Origin: Spirochaetia bacterium
GTDB taxonomy: Bacteria > Spirochaetota > Spirochaetia > SZUA-6 > Bin103
Length of the DNA stretch: 64,000 nt
NCBI GenBank assembly: GCA_965208575.1
Contig: CBDBOV010000004.1
Coordinates: 1,248,001 to 1,312,000 of the forward strand
Direction: 5' to 3'
The position numbers and the translations under genes are program-made. Position 1 is the first letter of the stretch. Each line of letters opens with the position of its first letter. Below, in pieces: positions 49,089 through 59,700 of the stretch. The notes under the pieces are model-generated. The model made no database searches, was not told the origin of the DNA, and saw only the letters and a program-made list of their open reading frames with translations.

Positions 49089-50264
49089 ATGGACTCCATA
49101 CTCGCGCGGCTGTTCGATACGCCCTTCAGCTTCGAGGCGTTCGACTCAGTCTTCACACCGCTCGCCCTGCTGTTGAGACTGATCCTGCCGCTCGGCGGCG
49201 CCTTCCTGTTGTACCGGCTGCTGCTGACCCTGCTGCGGCGCAAGATCGGGCACCTGCGCGCGCAGTTCGACACCGCGCAGCGCCTGTACCGCTACGTGCG
49301 CGCCGTGCTGCGCATCCTGCTGATCGCGCTCGCCCTGCTGCTGGTCTACGGCCTGTTCGGCACCGACGCCAGCCGCGGCGCGGTGGTCTTGTGGAACATC
49401 CTGTCGACGCCGATCATCGAGACCGCCGGCAGTTCGATCTCGCTGGTCACGGTGATCTTCGCCATCCCCATCGGTTACGTGGCGGTGTGGACCGCGCGCA
49501 CCGGTTCCGGGTTCCTGAAGACGCGCGCCCTGTCGCGCCTGCCGCTGACCGATGCCACCCGGTTCTCGATCGGCGGCATCACTCACTACCTGATCCTGAG
49601 CGTCACCCTGGTGATCGGGCTGTCGTTTCTGGGCGTGAACCTGTCCACCTTCTCGGTGCTGATCGGCACCCTCGGCATCGGCATCGGCTTCGGCCTGCAA
49701 AACGTGGTCGCGAGTTTCGTGTCCGGGCTGGTGATCATCTTCGAACGCCCCATCAAGGAGGGCGACCGGGTCGTGGTGGAAGGCACCGAGGGCGACGTGG
49801 CACACATTCGCCTGCGTTCCACCATCATCACCACGCTCACCGACGAGACCATCATCGTGCCCAACCACCAGCTCGTGGGCAACAAGATCTACAACAACTC
49901 GCACGAGGTGCGGCGCATCACGGTGATCAACCACGTGAGCGTGGCGTACGGCACGGATCTCGACTTCGCAGCCGAGGTGCTCAAGGGAGTGGCGCTGGCC
50001 AGTCCGTACGCGCGCGCGTCTGCGGAACCGGACGTCCGGGTGCGCGAGTTCGCGGACTCCGGCATCCTGATGGAGTTGTGGACCGGCATCGAGGATGCCG
50101 GCACCAAGTGGCCGGCGCACTCCTGGGCCAACTTCGAGATCGCCCGCGCGTTCCGCCGCGCCGGCATCACCATCCCCTTCCCGCAACGCGATCTCCATGT
50201 CAAGGAGTTGCCGGCCGGCGCGACCGGCGTGGATCTGAAGCCGGTCCCCTCCGCCGCCGAGTAG
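49089..50264 (+). CDS. MscS-family mechanosensitive channel
   Basis: GIGIGFGLQNVV.SFVSG.VI.FERP.K.GD, IIVPN, IPFPQRDLH. Confidence 0.92.
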   Translation: MDSILARLFDTPFSFEAFDSVFTPLALLLRLILPLGGAFLLYRLLLTLLRRKIGHLRAQFDTAQRLYRYVRAVLRILLIALALLLVYGLFGTDASRGAVVLWNILSTPIIETAGSSISLVTVIFAIPIGYVAVWTARTGSGFLKTRALSRLPLTDATRFSIGGITHYLILSVTLVIGLSFLGVNLSTFSVLIGTLGIGIGFGLQNVVASFVSGLVIIFERPIKEGDRVVVEGTEGDVAHIRLRSTIITTLTDETIIVPNHQLVGNKIYNNSHEVRRITVINHVSVAYGTDLDFAAEVLKGVALASPYARASAEPDVRVREFADSGILMELWTGIEDAGTKWPAHSWANFEIARAFRRAGITIPFPQRDLHVKELPAGATGVDLKPVPSAAE

Positions 50265-50312
50265 CCCGCCGGCAGCATTTGTGCAAGGGGTCGCCTATCC
50301 GTATATTGCCGG

Positions 50313-51686
50313 ATGATGGATAAGCTGAAGGTCTGCCGGAAGGCTGGTTTCGGTGCCCGCGTGGGCGTCGTCGGAATCGTGTTGGGAGTGCTGGCCGGCA
50401 CGCCGGTATACGCGCAGGATGCATCGGTAGCGACGCAGATCGCCGACCTCGTCACCGGCATCAACACGGTGTGGGTGCTGATGGCGGCCTTCCTGGTGTT
50501 CCTGATGCAGGCCGGCTTCGGCATGCTGGAGGCGGGCCTGATCCGCGCCAAGAACACCGCCAACATCCTGATGAAGAACCTGATGGACTTCTGCATGGCG
50601 TCGCTCGGCTTCTTCATCTTCGGCTACGCGATCATGTTCGGCTCCGGCAACCCGCTGTTCGGCACCACCGGCTGGTTCCTGATCGGCGCCGAGTCGGCCC
50701 CCGGCGTGCCGCTGTACGCGTTCTGGCTGTTCCAGGCGGTGTTCGTCGGCGCCGCCGCCACCATCGTGGCCGGCGGCATGGCCGAGCGCATGAAATTTCC
50801 GGCCTACGTGATCTACTCGTTCCTGATCTCGGCGTTCGTCTACCCGATCGTCGGCCACTGGATCTGGGGCGGCGGCTGGCTGGCCAGCATGGGCTTCGCC
50901 GACTTCGCCGGCTCCACGGTGGTGCACGCGGTCGGCGGCTGGGCGGCGTTCATCGGCACCCGCGCGCTCGGTCCGCGGATCGGCAAGTTCGGTCCCGACG
51001 GCAAGCCCAACGTGATCAGCGCCCACTCGCTGCCGCTGGCGTCGCTGGGCATGTTCCTGCTGTGGTTCGGCTGGTTCGGCTTCAATCCCGGCTCCACCCT
51101 CGGCGTCGGAGACGGCTCGCTGATCGCACGCGTGGCGATCAACACCAACCTGGCCGCCGCGGCGGGCGCCATTGCCGCTACCGCGACGGTATGGATCGTG
51201 GCCGGCAAGCCCGACCTCACCATGGGCATGAACGGCGCGCTCGCCGGACTGGTGGCGATTACCGCGCCGTGTGCGTTCGTGGAGCCGGGGCACGCCATCA
51301 TCATCGGTCTGATCGGCGGGGTCATCGTCGTGTTCGGCGTGCTGTTCCTGGACCGCCGCCGCGTCGACGACCCGGTCGGGGCGATCGCCGTGCATGGCAT
51401 GAACGGCATCTGGGGCACGGTCGCCGTGGGCATCTTCGGCCAGGCCGCCCTCGGCGTGGCCAACGACGGCCTGTGGTTCGGCGGCGGCTTTACCCAGGTG
51501 GGCATCCAACTGCTCGGCACGGTGACCGTGAGCGTGTTCATCATCGTGGTGATGGGGCTGATCTTCAAGCTGATCGACGCCGTCGTCGGGCTGCGCGTGC
51601 CGCGCAACGAGGAACTCAAGGGCCTCGACGTGGCCGAGCACGGCACCGAGGCGTACGGCGGCTTCCAGGTGTTCACTACCGAGTAG
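50313..51686 (+). CDS. amtB: Ammonium transporter
   Basis: MQAGF.MLEAG, DFAGSTVVH, LWFGWFGFN, DDPVGA.AVHG. Confidence 0.95.
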   Translation: MMDKLKVCRKAGFGARVGVVGIVLGVLAGTPVYAQDASVATQIADLVTGINTVWVLMAAFLVFLMQAGFGMLEAGLIRAKNTANILMKNLMDFCMASLGFFIFGYAIMFGSGNPLFGTTGWFLIGAESAPGVPLYAFWLFQAVFVGAAATIVAGGMAERMKFPAYVIYSFLISAFVYPIVGHWIWGGGWLASMGFADFAGSTVVHAVGGWAAFIGTRALGPRIGKFGPDGKPNVISAHSLPLASLGMFLLWFGWFGFNPGSTLGVGDGSLIARVAINTNLAAAAGAIAATATVWIVAGKPDLTMGMNGALAGLVAITAPCAFVEPGHAIIIGLIGGVIVVFGVLFLDRRRVDDPVGAIAVHGMNGIWGTVAVGIFGQAALGVANDGLWFGGGFTQVGIQLLGTVTVSVFIIVVMGLIFKLIDAVVGLRVPRNEELKGLDVAEHGTEAYGGFQVFTTE

Positions 51687-51785
51687 AACTCGGTTTCGAG
51701 TAGAACTCGGTTTCGAGCGACTTCAGTTTCCGGGTAGAACTCGGTTTCGAGCAGGGCTGGTTTCGAGTGACCCGCTCGTCCGAGT
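51680..51785 (+). repeat. About six 17-bp tandem repeats (CGAGTAGAACTCGGTTT)
   Basis: Units start at 51680, 51697, 51714, 51731, 51748, 51764. Confidence 0.85.
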
Positions 51786-51802
51786 AAGCAGGAAGCTGCG
51801 GT

Positions 51803-51827
51803 GGGGTCTGTCGCCTCGGCAGACTCC
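51803..51827. terminator. Hairpin between convergent amtB and phoU
   Basis: GGGGTCTGTCG-CCT-CGGCAGACTCC. Confidence 0.5.
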
Positions 51828-51835
51828 GGTCCGCT

Positions 51836-52516
51836 TCAGACGCGGTTCAGGTCGACGTGCTTGCCGGTGGTCACGAAGATCACCGACTCGCAGATGTTGG
51901 TGGAATGGTCGCCGACCCGTTCCAGTTGCTTGGCCACGAACAGCAGCGACGACGCCTGCGCAACGTTGCGGGTGTTCTCCATCATGTACGACAGCAGGTC
52001 TCGGAATATGTTCGCGTACACCTCGTCGACCTTGCGGTCGCGTGCGCTCACCTGCTCGGCCATCGCCGCGTCCTGCGACACGAATGCCTGCAGCGAGTCG
52101 CCTACCATGGCGCACACGTCCTCCGCCATCTGCATGATGGCGCCCACGCCGCGCGAGAACTGCTCCGGGGCAAGCCGCTGCGCCACGCTCGCCACGTGTA
52201 CGGCCAGGTCGCCGATGCGTTCGAGTTGCCCGATGACGTTGAGGGTGCCGACGATCTGACGCAGGTCGGTGGCCACCGGCTGCTCGGTCGCCAGCAGCCG
52301 CAGACAGTAGTCGTCGATGTCGTGATGCATCCGGTTAACCTCGGCCTCGTCCCGCAACACCACAACGGCGGCGTTCACGTCATGCCGGCCGAGCGCGTTC
52401 ACTGAGCCGCGGATGGAGCGCTCGACCTGCTGCCCCATGACCAGCAGCGCCCCCCGGAGCTGCTCCATGGAGAGATCGAACTGGCCGCGCAGCGGGGAAG
52501 ACTCGCCGTTAACCAC
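51836..52516 (-). CDS. phoU: Phosphate signalling protein PhoU
   Basis: QPVATDLR, LERIGDLA, LERVGDHSTNICE. Confidence 0.95.
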   Translation of the reverse strand: MVNGESSPLRGQFDLSMEQLRGALLVMGQQVERSIRGSVNALGRHDVNAAVVVLRDEAEVNRMHHDIDDYCLRLLATEQPVATDLRQIVGTLNVIGQLERIGDLAVHVASVAQRLAPEQFSRGVGAIMQMAEDVCAMVGDSLQAFVSQDAAMAEQVSARDRKVDEVYANIFRDLLSYMMENTRNVAQASSLLFVAKQLERVGDHSTNICESVIFVTTGKHVDLNRV

Positions 52517-52522
52517 TCACGG

Positions 52523-53338
52523 TCAACCGAAGCGCCCTGAGATGTAGTCCTCGGTGCGCTTCTCGTCAGGATTGGTAAAGATCCTGCCGGTGGGCCCGTA
52601 CTCGACCAAGTATCCGGCACGGTCCTCGTCCATCATGAAAAACGCAGTATAGTCGGAAACCCGCGCCGCCTGCTGCATGTTGTGGGTCACGATGATAATC
52701 GTATAGTGCGCCGCCAATTCCCGCATCAGGTCCTCGATGCGCAGGGTGGCGATCGGATCCAGCGCCGAGCACGGCTCATCCATCAGGATGATCTCGGGAT
52801 GCACCGCAATCGCCCGCGCAATGCACAGGCGCTGCTGCTGGCCGCCGGACAGGCCGAGCCCGCTGTCGGCCAGTTTGTCCTTCACCTCATCCCACAGCGC
52901 CGCCTTCCGCAGAGCTTTCTCCACCAGCTCATCGATGTTGCCGGTAAGGCCGTTGATGCGTGCGCCCCAGGCGATGTTGTCGTAGATCGACTTCGGGAAC
53001 GGGTTGGGTTTCTGGAACACCATGCCGATGCGGCGCCGCACCTCCACCGGGTCGACGTCCGCATCGTAGATGTTGCGGCCCTGGAAGGTCACCACGCCCT
53101 CGGTGCGCGCGGTCGGCACCAGCTCGTTCATGCGGTTCATCGAACGCAGCACGGTCGACTTGCCGCAGCCGGAAGGCCCGATCAGGGCCGTGATGCGCCG
53201 TGTTCCGAAGTTCATCGAAATGTCGCGCACCGCCTGGAACGCACCGTAGTAGACGTTCAGCCCGGTCACCGAAACGGCACTGGAATCGGCAACCGGCACC
53301 GGAAGATCCGCCGCATGCGTGTTCATTTGCGTCGCCAC
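52523..53338 (-). CDS. pstB: Phosphate ABC transporter ATPase
   Basis: [42 protein letters not shown]. Confidence 0.96.
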   Translation of the reverse strand: MATQMNTHAADLPVPVADSSAVSVTGLNVYYGAFQAVRDISMNFGTRRITALIGPSGCGKSTVLRSMNRMNELVPTARTEGVVTFQGRNIYDADVDPVEVRRRIGMVFQKPNPFPKSIYDNIAWGARINGLTGNIDELVEKALRKAALWDEVKDKLADSGLGLSGGQQQRLCIARAIAVHPEIILMDEPCSALDPIATLRIEDLMRELAAHYTIIIVTHNMQQAARVSDYTAFFMMDEDRAGYLVEYGPTGRIFTNPDEKRTEDYISGRFG

Positions 53339-53423
53339 GGCCTACTCCCCGCCCGCATGGGCACCCCCGCCGGCAACGGTACCGGAAGATCCGCCGCATG
53401 CGTGTTCATTTGCGTCGCCACGG
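53298..53423 (-). repeat. 43-bp direct repeat duplicating the pstB 5' end
   Basis: 53298-53340 identical to 53381-53423. Confidence 0.9.
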
Positions 53424-53458
53424 TGCGGTTCACTCCTCGTGCGCCCGGTACCGCCGGC

Positions 53459-54688
53459 TCATGCGGTTACCTGCTTCTTGGCGTGGTAGTTGCGCAACAG
53501 GATCGCGGTCGCGTTCAGCGTCAGCAGCAGCACCAGCAGCACCAGGATCGCCGCCGCCGCGGCGTTGCGGAACTCCGCCTGCGGGCGCGCCGTCCACTGA
53601 TATATCTGGATCGGCAGGGTGGTGAACTTGGAGAACGGTCCGCTCGGATCGAGGGTCACCAGCGTGGACGCACCCACCACCACCATCGGCGCCGTTTCGC
53701 CGATGGCGCGCGAGGTGGCCAGGATCGTCCCGGTCAGGATGCGGTCGAATGAACTGGGCAGCACGTGGTGGCGGATGGTCTGCCACTTGGTGGCGCCGAG
53801 CCCGTAGCTCGACTGGCGCAGACTGTCGGGAACCGCCTTGATCGCCTCCTGGGCGTTGATGATGATCACCGGCAGGATCAGCAGGCCGAGGGTGAGCCCG
53901 GCGGACAGAATCGTCCGGCCGTTAGCGGAACCGTCACCGAGGCCGAGCAGCGCACCGCTGGTGACCGGTTCCATGGCGCGCACGAACACCGTCAGCCCGA
54001 GCATCCCGTAGATGATCGACGGCACCCCCGACAGGTTGTTGATGTTGGTCTGGATGATCCGGTTGAGCCGGTTGTCATGGGCGTACTCCTCCAGGTAGAT
54101 GGCGGCTCCGACGCCGACCGGGAAGGCGAACAGGATGGTGATGAAGATGGTGCCGAGCGACCCCTTGATGGCCGCGCGCACGCCCGCGTCCTCGGGAATG
54201 CTCGACTGCGCGTCGGCGATGAACGATCCGGTGAGCCAGGAGCGGAACACCAGCCGCGCGTTCGGAAACCGCCGCATCGCCTCCTCGACCACCGCCCGGC
54301 GGCGCAACAGCGAGTCCCACAGCGACCACGCCTGCACCACGGACGGGTCCACCACCCGCTCCACCACCAGCCCGTAGATCTCGTCCCGGCTGCGCTCGGC
54401 CATCGGCTGCTCGCGCTCGAAGCGGCGCATCAGGCCGCGCGACACGTGGTCGGCGAGCACGGCGGTCAACGCCGCCCCGTCCATCCGCTCCAGCGGCACG
54501 CCGTCGCGCGCCAGCTCCGCCGGGTCTATGGCGTTCTCGATCGCCACCAGGCCGAACGCGCGGTTGACGATGGTCAGCAGCAGCGCCGTCAGCATCACGA
54601 TTGCCACGGCGGTGGCCAGGTGGAACACCAGGCGCCACACCAGGCCGGCGCGGTGGCGCGCCGGCAGGTTGGCCGACATGCTGTTCAA
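53459..54688 (-). CDS. pstA: Phosphate ABC transporter permease
   Basis: AIYLEEYA, GVPSIIYG, RAIGETAP. Confidence 0.93.
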   Translation of the reverse strand: MNSMSANLPARHRAGLVWRLVFHLATAVAIVMLTALLLTIVNRAFGLVAIENAIDPAELARDGVPLERMDGAALTAVLADHVSRGLMRRFEREQPMAERSRDEIYGLVVERVVDPSVVQAWSLWDSLLRRRAVVEEAMRRFPNARLVFRSWLTGSFIADAQSSIPEDAGVRAAIKGSLGTIFITILFAFPVGVGAAIYLEEYAHDNRLNRIIQTNINNLSGVPSIIYGMLGLTVFVRAMEPVTSGALLGLGDGSANGRTILSAGLTLGLLILPVIIINAQEAIKAVPDSLRQSSYGLGATKWQTIRHHVLPSSFDRILTGTILATSRAIGETAPMVVVGASTLVTLDPSGPFSKFTTLPIQIYQWTARPQAEFRNAAAAAILVLLVLLLTLNATAILLRNYHAKKQVTA

Positions 54689-55695
54689 TCGTATACCTCG
54701 CGGAAGCGCACCACGATGCGCCGGCTCAGCATGTTCAGCGCGAGGGTGATGAAGAACAGCATCATGCCAATTGCATAGATGCTGTTGTAGTCGATCGACT
54801 GGTAGCTCAGGTCGCCGCCGCTGATGCGCACGATGTGGCCGGTCATGGTCTCGGCGGCGTGGAACGGGTTGAACGTGAACGCGGAACCGGCGCCGGCGGC
54901 GAGGGCAACCACCATCGTCTCGCCGACGGCGCGCGACAGGCCGATGATGAACGCCGCGGCGATGCCGGAGAATGCCGCCGGCACCACGATCCGTACCGAG
55001 GTTTCCAGCCGCGTGGCGCCCAGGCCCAGCGCCGCCTGGCGCAACGAGTCGGGCACCGCCGACAGCGCGTCCTCTGCCATCGAGGAGATCAGCGGCAGAA
55101 TCAGAATGCCGATCACGATGCCCGCCGAAGCGGTGTTGTAGATCTGCACCACGTTGTCCCCGAATACGCCGCGCAGCAACGGGGTCATGAAGGTGAGGGC
55201 AAAGTAGCCGTACACCACGGTCGGAATCCCGGCCAGCACCTCCAGGATCGGCTTGAGGAGCGCGCGCGTGCGCGGCGCGGCGTACTCACTGAGGTAAATC
55301 GCCACGCTCATACCGATCGGCACCGCCACCAGCATCGCCGTCAAGCTGGTCATCAAGGTGGCGTTGACGAGCGGCAGAATCCCGAACTTGCCGATCGCCG
55401 GCTGCCACTCGGTGGTGGTGAAGAACATCCACAGGTTGACCGCGTCGTTGCGGAAGAACAGGATCGACTCGCGCCCGAGCACCACCACGATGCCGACGGT
55501 CACCAGGATCGACACCGCTCCGCACACGAACAACAGCCCCTGAATCACGCTCTCGCCGGGCCGCGGGCGGCGGGTCAGGGCGCGGTTTTCCTGGCGAGCG
55601 TACGAACCGGCGGCCGCCACGTCGGAGGCTGGCAGGTCGGAGGCGGGCGTTACGCTTCCGACGGTCGACAAGCGTTCATCCTTCTTGATGGGCAC
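54685..55695 (-). CDS. pstC: Phosphate ABC transporter permease
   Basis: LAGIPTVVYG, EDALSAVP, RAVGETM. Confidence 0.93.
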   Translation of the reverse strand: MPIKKDERLSTVGSVTPASDLPASDVAAAGSYARQENRALTRRPRPGESVIQGLLFVCGAVSILVTVGIVVVLGRESILFFRNDAVNLWMFFTTTEWQPAIGKFGILPLVNATLMTSLTAMLVAVPIGMSVAIYLSEYAAPRTRALLKPILEVLAGIPTVVYGYFALTFMTPLLRGVFGDNVVQIYNTASAGIVIGILILPLISSMAEDALSAVPDSLRQAALGLGATRLETSVRIVVPAAFSGIAAAFIIGLSRAVGETMVVALAAGAGSAFTFNPFHAAETMTGHIVRISGGDLSYQSIDYNSIYAIGMMLFFITLALNMLSRRIVVRFREVYD

Positions 55696-55768
55696 AATGC
55701 CGCGGGATTGTTAGCGTCGTGTGAGCAGGGGGCCAGGAAAATATGAATGCCGGCCGGCGGCGTGCCGG

Positions 55769-56536
55769 TCAGGCGCCGCGCAGGGCTTCGCGGTACAGTG
55801 CCTCGCGCCGCTTGAGGAAATCGAACGGGATGTCGTACGCGCGCTCGAGCTGCTCGCGATTGTGCAGTTCCCCGGTGGGTCCGATCAGCGGCGGCTGACC
55901 CTGGCGGAACAGCGCCACGTAGTCGGAGAATTGCGCCGACAGCTCCAGCTCGTGCACCGAGTAGTACCAGCTCAGCCGCTCCCGGTGGGCGTACTCGTAG
56001 AGATACCCCATCACCCTGCGCTTCTGCTGTTCTTCCAGGGCGAACACCGGCTCGTCCATCATCAACACGCGGGAGCCGTACAGCAGGCAGAATGCCAGCA
56101 GGGTGCGCTGCAGCTCGCCCTTGCTCACCTCCTGAGTACGCTTGTGGAGCACGTCGCGCAACTCGAACGCGTCCACCAACTCGCGCACGAACTCTTCGCT
56201 GTGCTGCTCGTGGTACCCGGTACGGTACACGTACATGATCAGGTTGCCGATCGACTCCTCGGTTTCGAACTCCATGTTCTGGTGGATCAACGACACGTGG
56301 CGCTGCCGCGTGTGCGCGTCGCGCAACTGGCGCGTGTCCACGCCGCGCAGCAGCACGGTGCCGGCGCTCGGCACCGCAATGCCGCTGGCCAGCAGCATGA
56401 AGGTGGACTTGCCGGTGCCGTTCTGCCCCACCAGGGCGGTCACGCCCGCCGGCAGCCGCGCCGACAGGTCGTGGAACACCAGCTCGGTGCCCTCCGGGTA
56501 CGCGTAGCTGACGCCGCACAGTTCGACCGCATGCAT
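55769..56536 (-). CDS. ABC transporter ATP-binding protein
   Basis: GQNGTGKST, VSKGELQR, MMDEP, SVHE. Confidence 0.85.
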   Translation of the reverse strand: MHAVELCGVSYAYPEGTELVFHDLSARLPAGVTALVGQNGTGKSTFMLLASGIAVPSAGTVLLRGVDTRQLRDAHTRQRHVSLIHQNMEFETEESIGNLIMYVYRTGYHEQHSEEFVRELVDAFELRDVLHKRTQEVSKGELQRTLLAFCLLYGSRVLMMDEPVFALEEQQKRRVMGYLYEYAHRERLSWYYSVHELELSAQFSDYVALFRQGQPPLIGPTGELHNREQLERAYDIPFDFLKRREALYREALRGA

Positions 56537-56705
56537 CGCGCCGCCATTCTGACCGGCCCGGCGGGCCTTGGCCAGTGGGCGCATTGACTCATCGAAAATC
56601 TAACCGTAGCGAAAGCATGCCTCATCTAAAAATCTAACCGAACGGGCTGGACCTTCCGGGTCCGGTTGGAGCCTCTCCGAGGGACGTGAGGAGGTTCCGG
56701 AGGAG

Positions 56706-57980
56706 ATGGGGTTGAAGATGAGTTCAAGGCGAGAGCTCACCGAGCAGCACGCGCAGCGGTATCGTCGGGCGGGCAAGAAGGAGAAGGGGCGCATACTCGA
56801 CGAGTTCGTCGAGTCGACCGGGTACCAGCGCAAGTACGCGATCCATCTGTTGACCTGGTGGGGACGGACCCGCATGGTGCGAGTCGACGGCACACTGGTG
56901 AAGCTGGTGGTCGGGCGTCCGCGGCCTGCCCAGCGCCGCGTGCGACCGCGGCGCTACGACCAGGAGGTGCTGGTCGCTCTGAAGCTGATCTGGTACGTGT
57001 TCGACTGCATGTGCGGCAAGCGCCTGGTGGTCGTGCTGCGCACCATGCTGCCGACGCTGGAGTCGTTCGGCGAGATCGAGCTGACCGCAGCGGTGCGCGG
57101 CAAGCTGCAGACCATCAGCGCCGCGACCATCGACCGGCTGCTGCAGCAGGAGCGCGCACGGCTGCGCCTGAAGGGTCGCACGCACACCAAGCCGGGCACC
57201 CTCCTGAAGGATCAGATCGCGATCCGAACCTTCGCTGACTGGGACGAGCAGGAGCCGGGCTTCTTCGAGATCGACTTGGTGGGCCATGAAGGCGGCAACG
57301 CGTCAGGCGACTTCTGCCACACGCTCACCATCACCGACGTTGACACCGGCTGGGTCGACCTGTACGGCGTGCAGAACAAGGCGCAGCGCTGGACCCACGA
57401 GGCGATCGACGCTGCCCGGCAGAGCCTGCCGATCGTGATGCGGGGGATCGACACCGACAACGGCAGCGAGTTCATCAATCATCATTTGCTGCGCTATTGC
57501 GAAGCGCACGGCATCACGTTCACTCGGGGTCGCCCGCATCGCAAGAACGACACCTGCTACGTCGAGCAGAAGAATGGCCACGTGGTGCGACGGGCGGTCG
57601 GCCACCTGCGTTACGACACCGACCGGGAACTGGCTGCCCTCAACGCGATATACCGCCCGCTGTGCCTGCTGGTGAACTTCTTCTATCCCTCGGTGAAGCT
57701 GGTGAAGAAAACCCGCACCGGCAGCAAGGTGCGCCGCATCTATGACGACCCGCAGACGCCGTATCACCGCATGCTGGCCTCCGAGTCGGTGAGCGAGAAG
57801 GTGAAGAACCGCCTCAAGCAGCAGTACGCGACGTTGAATCCGGTCGCCCTCAAGCGCGAGCTGACCAGGTTGACCGAGGATCTGCTGCAGCTGAACGTCA
57901 GCAAGACCGCCAAGGCCGCACCAAGCACGGTGCAAACACCGAGCGAGGAGCGTGGTGGCAGCGGTCGCACGGCAAAATGA
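56706..57980 (+). CDS. Integrase-core (rve) transposase
   Basis: RYRRAGKKEKGRILDEF, EIDLVGH, DTDNGSEF, KNDTCYVEQKN. Confidence 0.9.
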   Translation: MGLKMSSRRELTEQHAQRYRRAGKKEKGRILDEFVESTGYQRKYAIHLLTWWGRTRMVRVDGTLVKLVVGRPRPAQRRVRPRRYDQEVLVALKLIWYVFDCMCGKRLVVVLRTMLPTLESFGEIELTAAVRGKLQTISAATIDRLLQQERARLRLKGRTHTKPGTLLKDQIAIRTFADWDEQEPGFFEIDLVGHEGGNASGDFCHTLTITDVDTGWVDLYGVQNKAQRWTHEAIDAARQSLPIVMRGIDTDNGSEFINHHLLRYCEAHGITFTRGRPHRKNDTCYVEQKNGHVVRRAVGHLRYDTDRELAALNAIYRPLCLLVNFFYPSVKLVKKTRTGSKVRRIYDDPQTPYHRMLASESVSEKVKNRLKQQYATLNPVALKRELTRLTEDLLQLNVSKTAKAAPSTVQTPSEERGGSGRTAK

Positions 57981-58149
57981 CCCTCTCAGGCGGGTCTGAC
58001 GGTCGATAATCGGAGAATGGGCGGTCAGCGATGAGAAAACGTCGCCTCAGCCGCGCTGTAAGGCCCCTCCACGACACGAGGTGGTGTCTGGATACCCCCG
58101 TGTCTATGCATAACCATGCAATTCAGTGCAACTTTATCCGCGACCGTAA

Positions 58150-59700
58150 GCCGGGTGGCGGAGTCCCGGTGCCGTCCCTGCAGTGCCTCGGCGAGGCGAT
58201 TGCGGACCGCTGCCAGCCGGCTGCGTACCCGCCTGATGCTCTTTTCCAGGGCCCGGCGCACCGGTTCACGACCCGTGCGTCGGGCTCCGGCGGCGCAAGG
58301 TCATGGCTCGGCAGCGCGTCAAGGTTGAACTGCTCGCGCAGGTACTTGAAGAAGTTCTCCTGCGACCAGCGCGAGAACATGGCGCCGGCGACCTGCGCCA
58401 ACGGCATCTGCGGGTGCGTGGTGATCACCGCCACCTGACGACCGTTGGCCAGACGCCGCCGGATCTGGCGCACCACCAGCCCGTTGCGCAGCATGATCGG
58501 CTGCTCGGCCAGATCAACCGCAGTCGTGCTGGTGCCGGCGGGACCATGGATCGGTACCTCGAAGGTGTGGAAGTCTTCCGGCAGCCAGTCCGCGCCGTTG
58601 AAGTTCTTGTGCCAGGTGATGCAGGCGATGCCACGCCGGGCCAGGCGCTTGAACAGGTCCGGGCTCCAGCCCTCGCGGTCGAACACCAGGGTCAGCTGCG
58701 GGGTACCGGCCGGTGCTCCGGTCAGGTCGGGGGCCGCTTCGGTCACCACCCCCAGGTGCTGCAACTGCGGCACCACGTCGTGCTTGATCGCATTCACCGG
58801 CTTCGGGTCCAGCGCCTTGTGCAGGCACAGCAGCGGTGCGCCGCCGAGGGCGTTGATCCAGTAGCTCACCGACGCCGGCAGACACAGCTTCTGGCGTGCG
58901 ACGAAGTGTTTCGGCAACCGCCCGTTGCGCCCGGTGTACACCTTCACGTGGCCATCCACGGCCAGCGTCGTCCAGTCGTCGTCGTGCTCGCTGGCCCAGG
59001 TACGCGCCAGTACCGATTGCCAATCGCGCACGGTGTGCTCGGCGCTGGCCAGCAGCCTGATCTTGCGGCGCAGCGTCTTGGTCTCCGGACAGCGGTCGAG
59101 GCCGAGGATGGCGCCCCACTCGCCGGGTGCCTGGTAGCGCAGGCTCTCGGGGTTGCGCACCCGGGCCAGGGTCATGCAGGCGACGAACAGGAGGATGGTG
59201 GTCAGGCCGTAGAATCCGGCCGGCAGGCGGAACAGGCGGTTGGCGGCGGTGAGCAGGCCCTCGCGCAGCAGCATCGCCAGTGCGGCCAGCACGCCGCCGC
59301 CAGCGACCGCGTGGGCGGGCTCGACGAACGCTGGTGTGGCCTCGGTCAGCAGGCCGGCTCTGGCGAGCGTGCGGCGTTCCACGTCGCGCGCCGCGCGGCC
59401 CATGGGCGCGTGCTTGTCGCGGGCGTCGCGGCTGGCGCGCTCAGTGGCGACCGCCGGGTCGCTGACCGCGGCGGCGGTGCTGACCGGGTGATCAGTGGTG
59501 GTGGCCGCCGGCGCAACCTCGGCGCTGGCGGCGGGCTCCCGGGTGGGATCTGTGATGACGCCGGCGCGGCGGTTCTCGTTGAAGGTGCTCACCGGGATGC
59601 CGAGTTCGCGAGCGCAGGCTGAGCCGCTCATCCCGGAAGCGAGCAGCTTGGCTGCCTGGTCCGCCATCTCGGCGTCGTCCACGGTGGCCTCCACGGCACC
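58150..59700 (-). pseudogene. Truncated, frameshifted putative transposase inside the rve element
   Basis: HTH ARELGIP, GFYGL, GLDRCPETKTLRRK, VDGHVKVY, VFDREGWS, MFSRWSQENFFKY; frameshift near 58262; both ends missing. Confidence 0.75.

Noticed and set aside
51680-51790. Possible CRISPR array
   Set aside because: 17-bp period, no unique 25-40-bp spacers, no cas genes
16633-58262. Programmed frameshifts in the PIN, oppB-like, sulfatase and transposase-fragment genes
   Set aside because: No slippery heptamers; mostly single-base changes in short runs, so decay or sequencing error; raw reads needed
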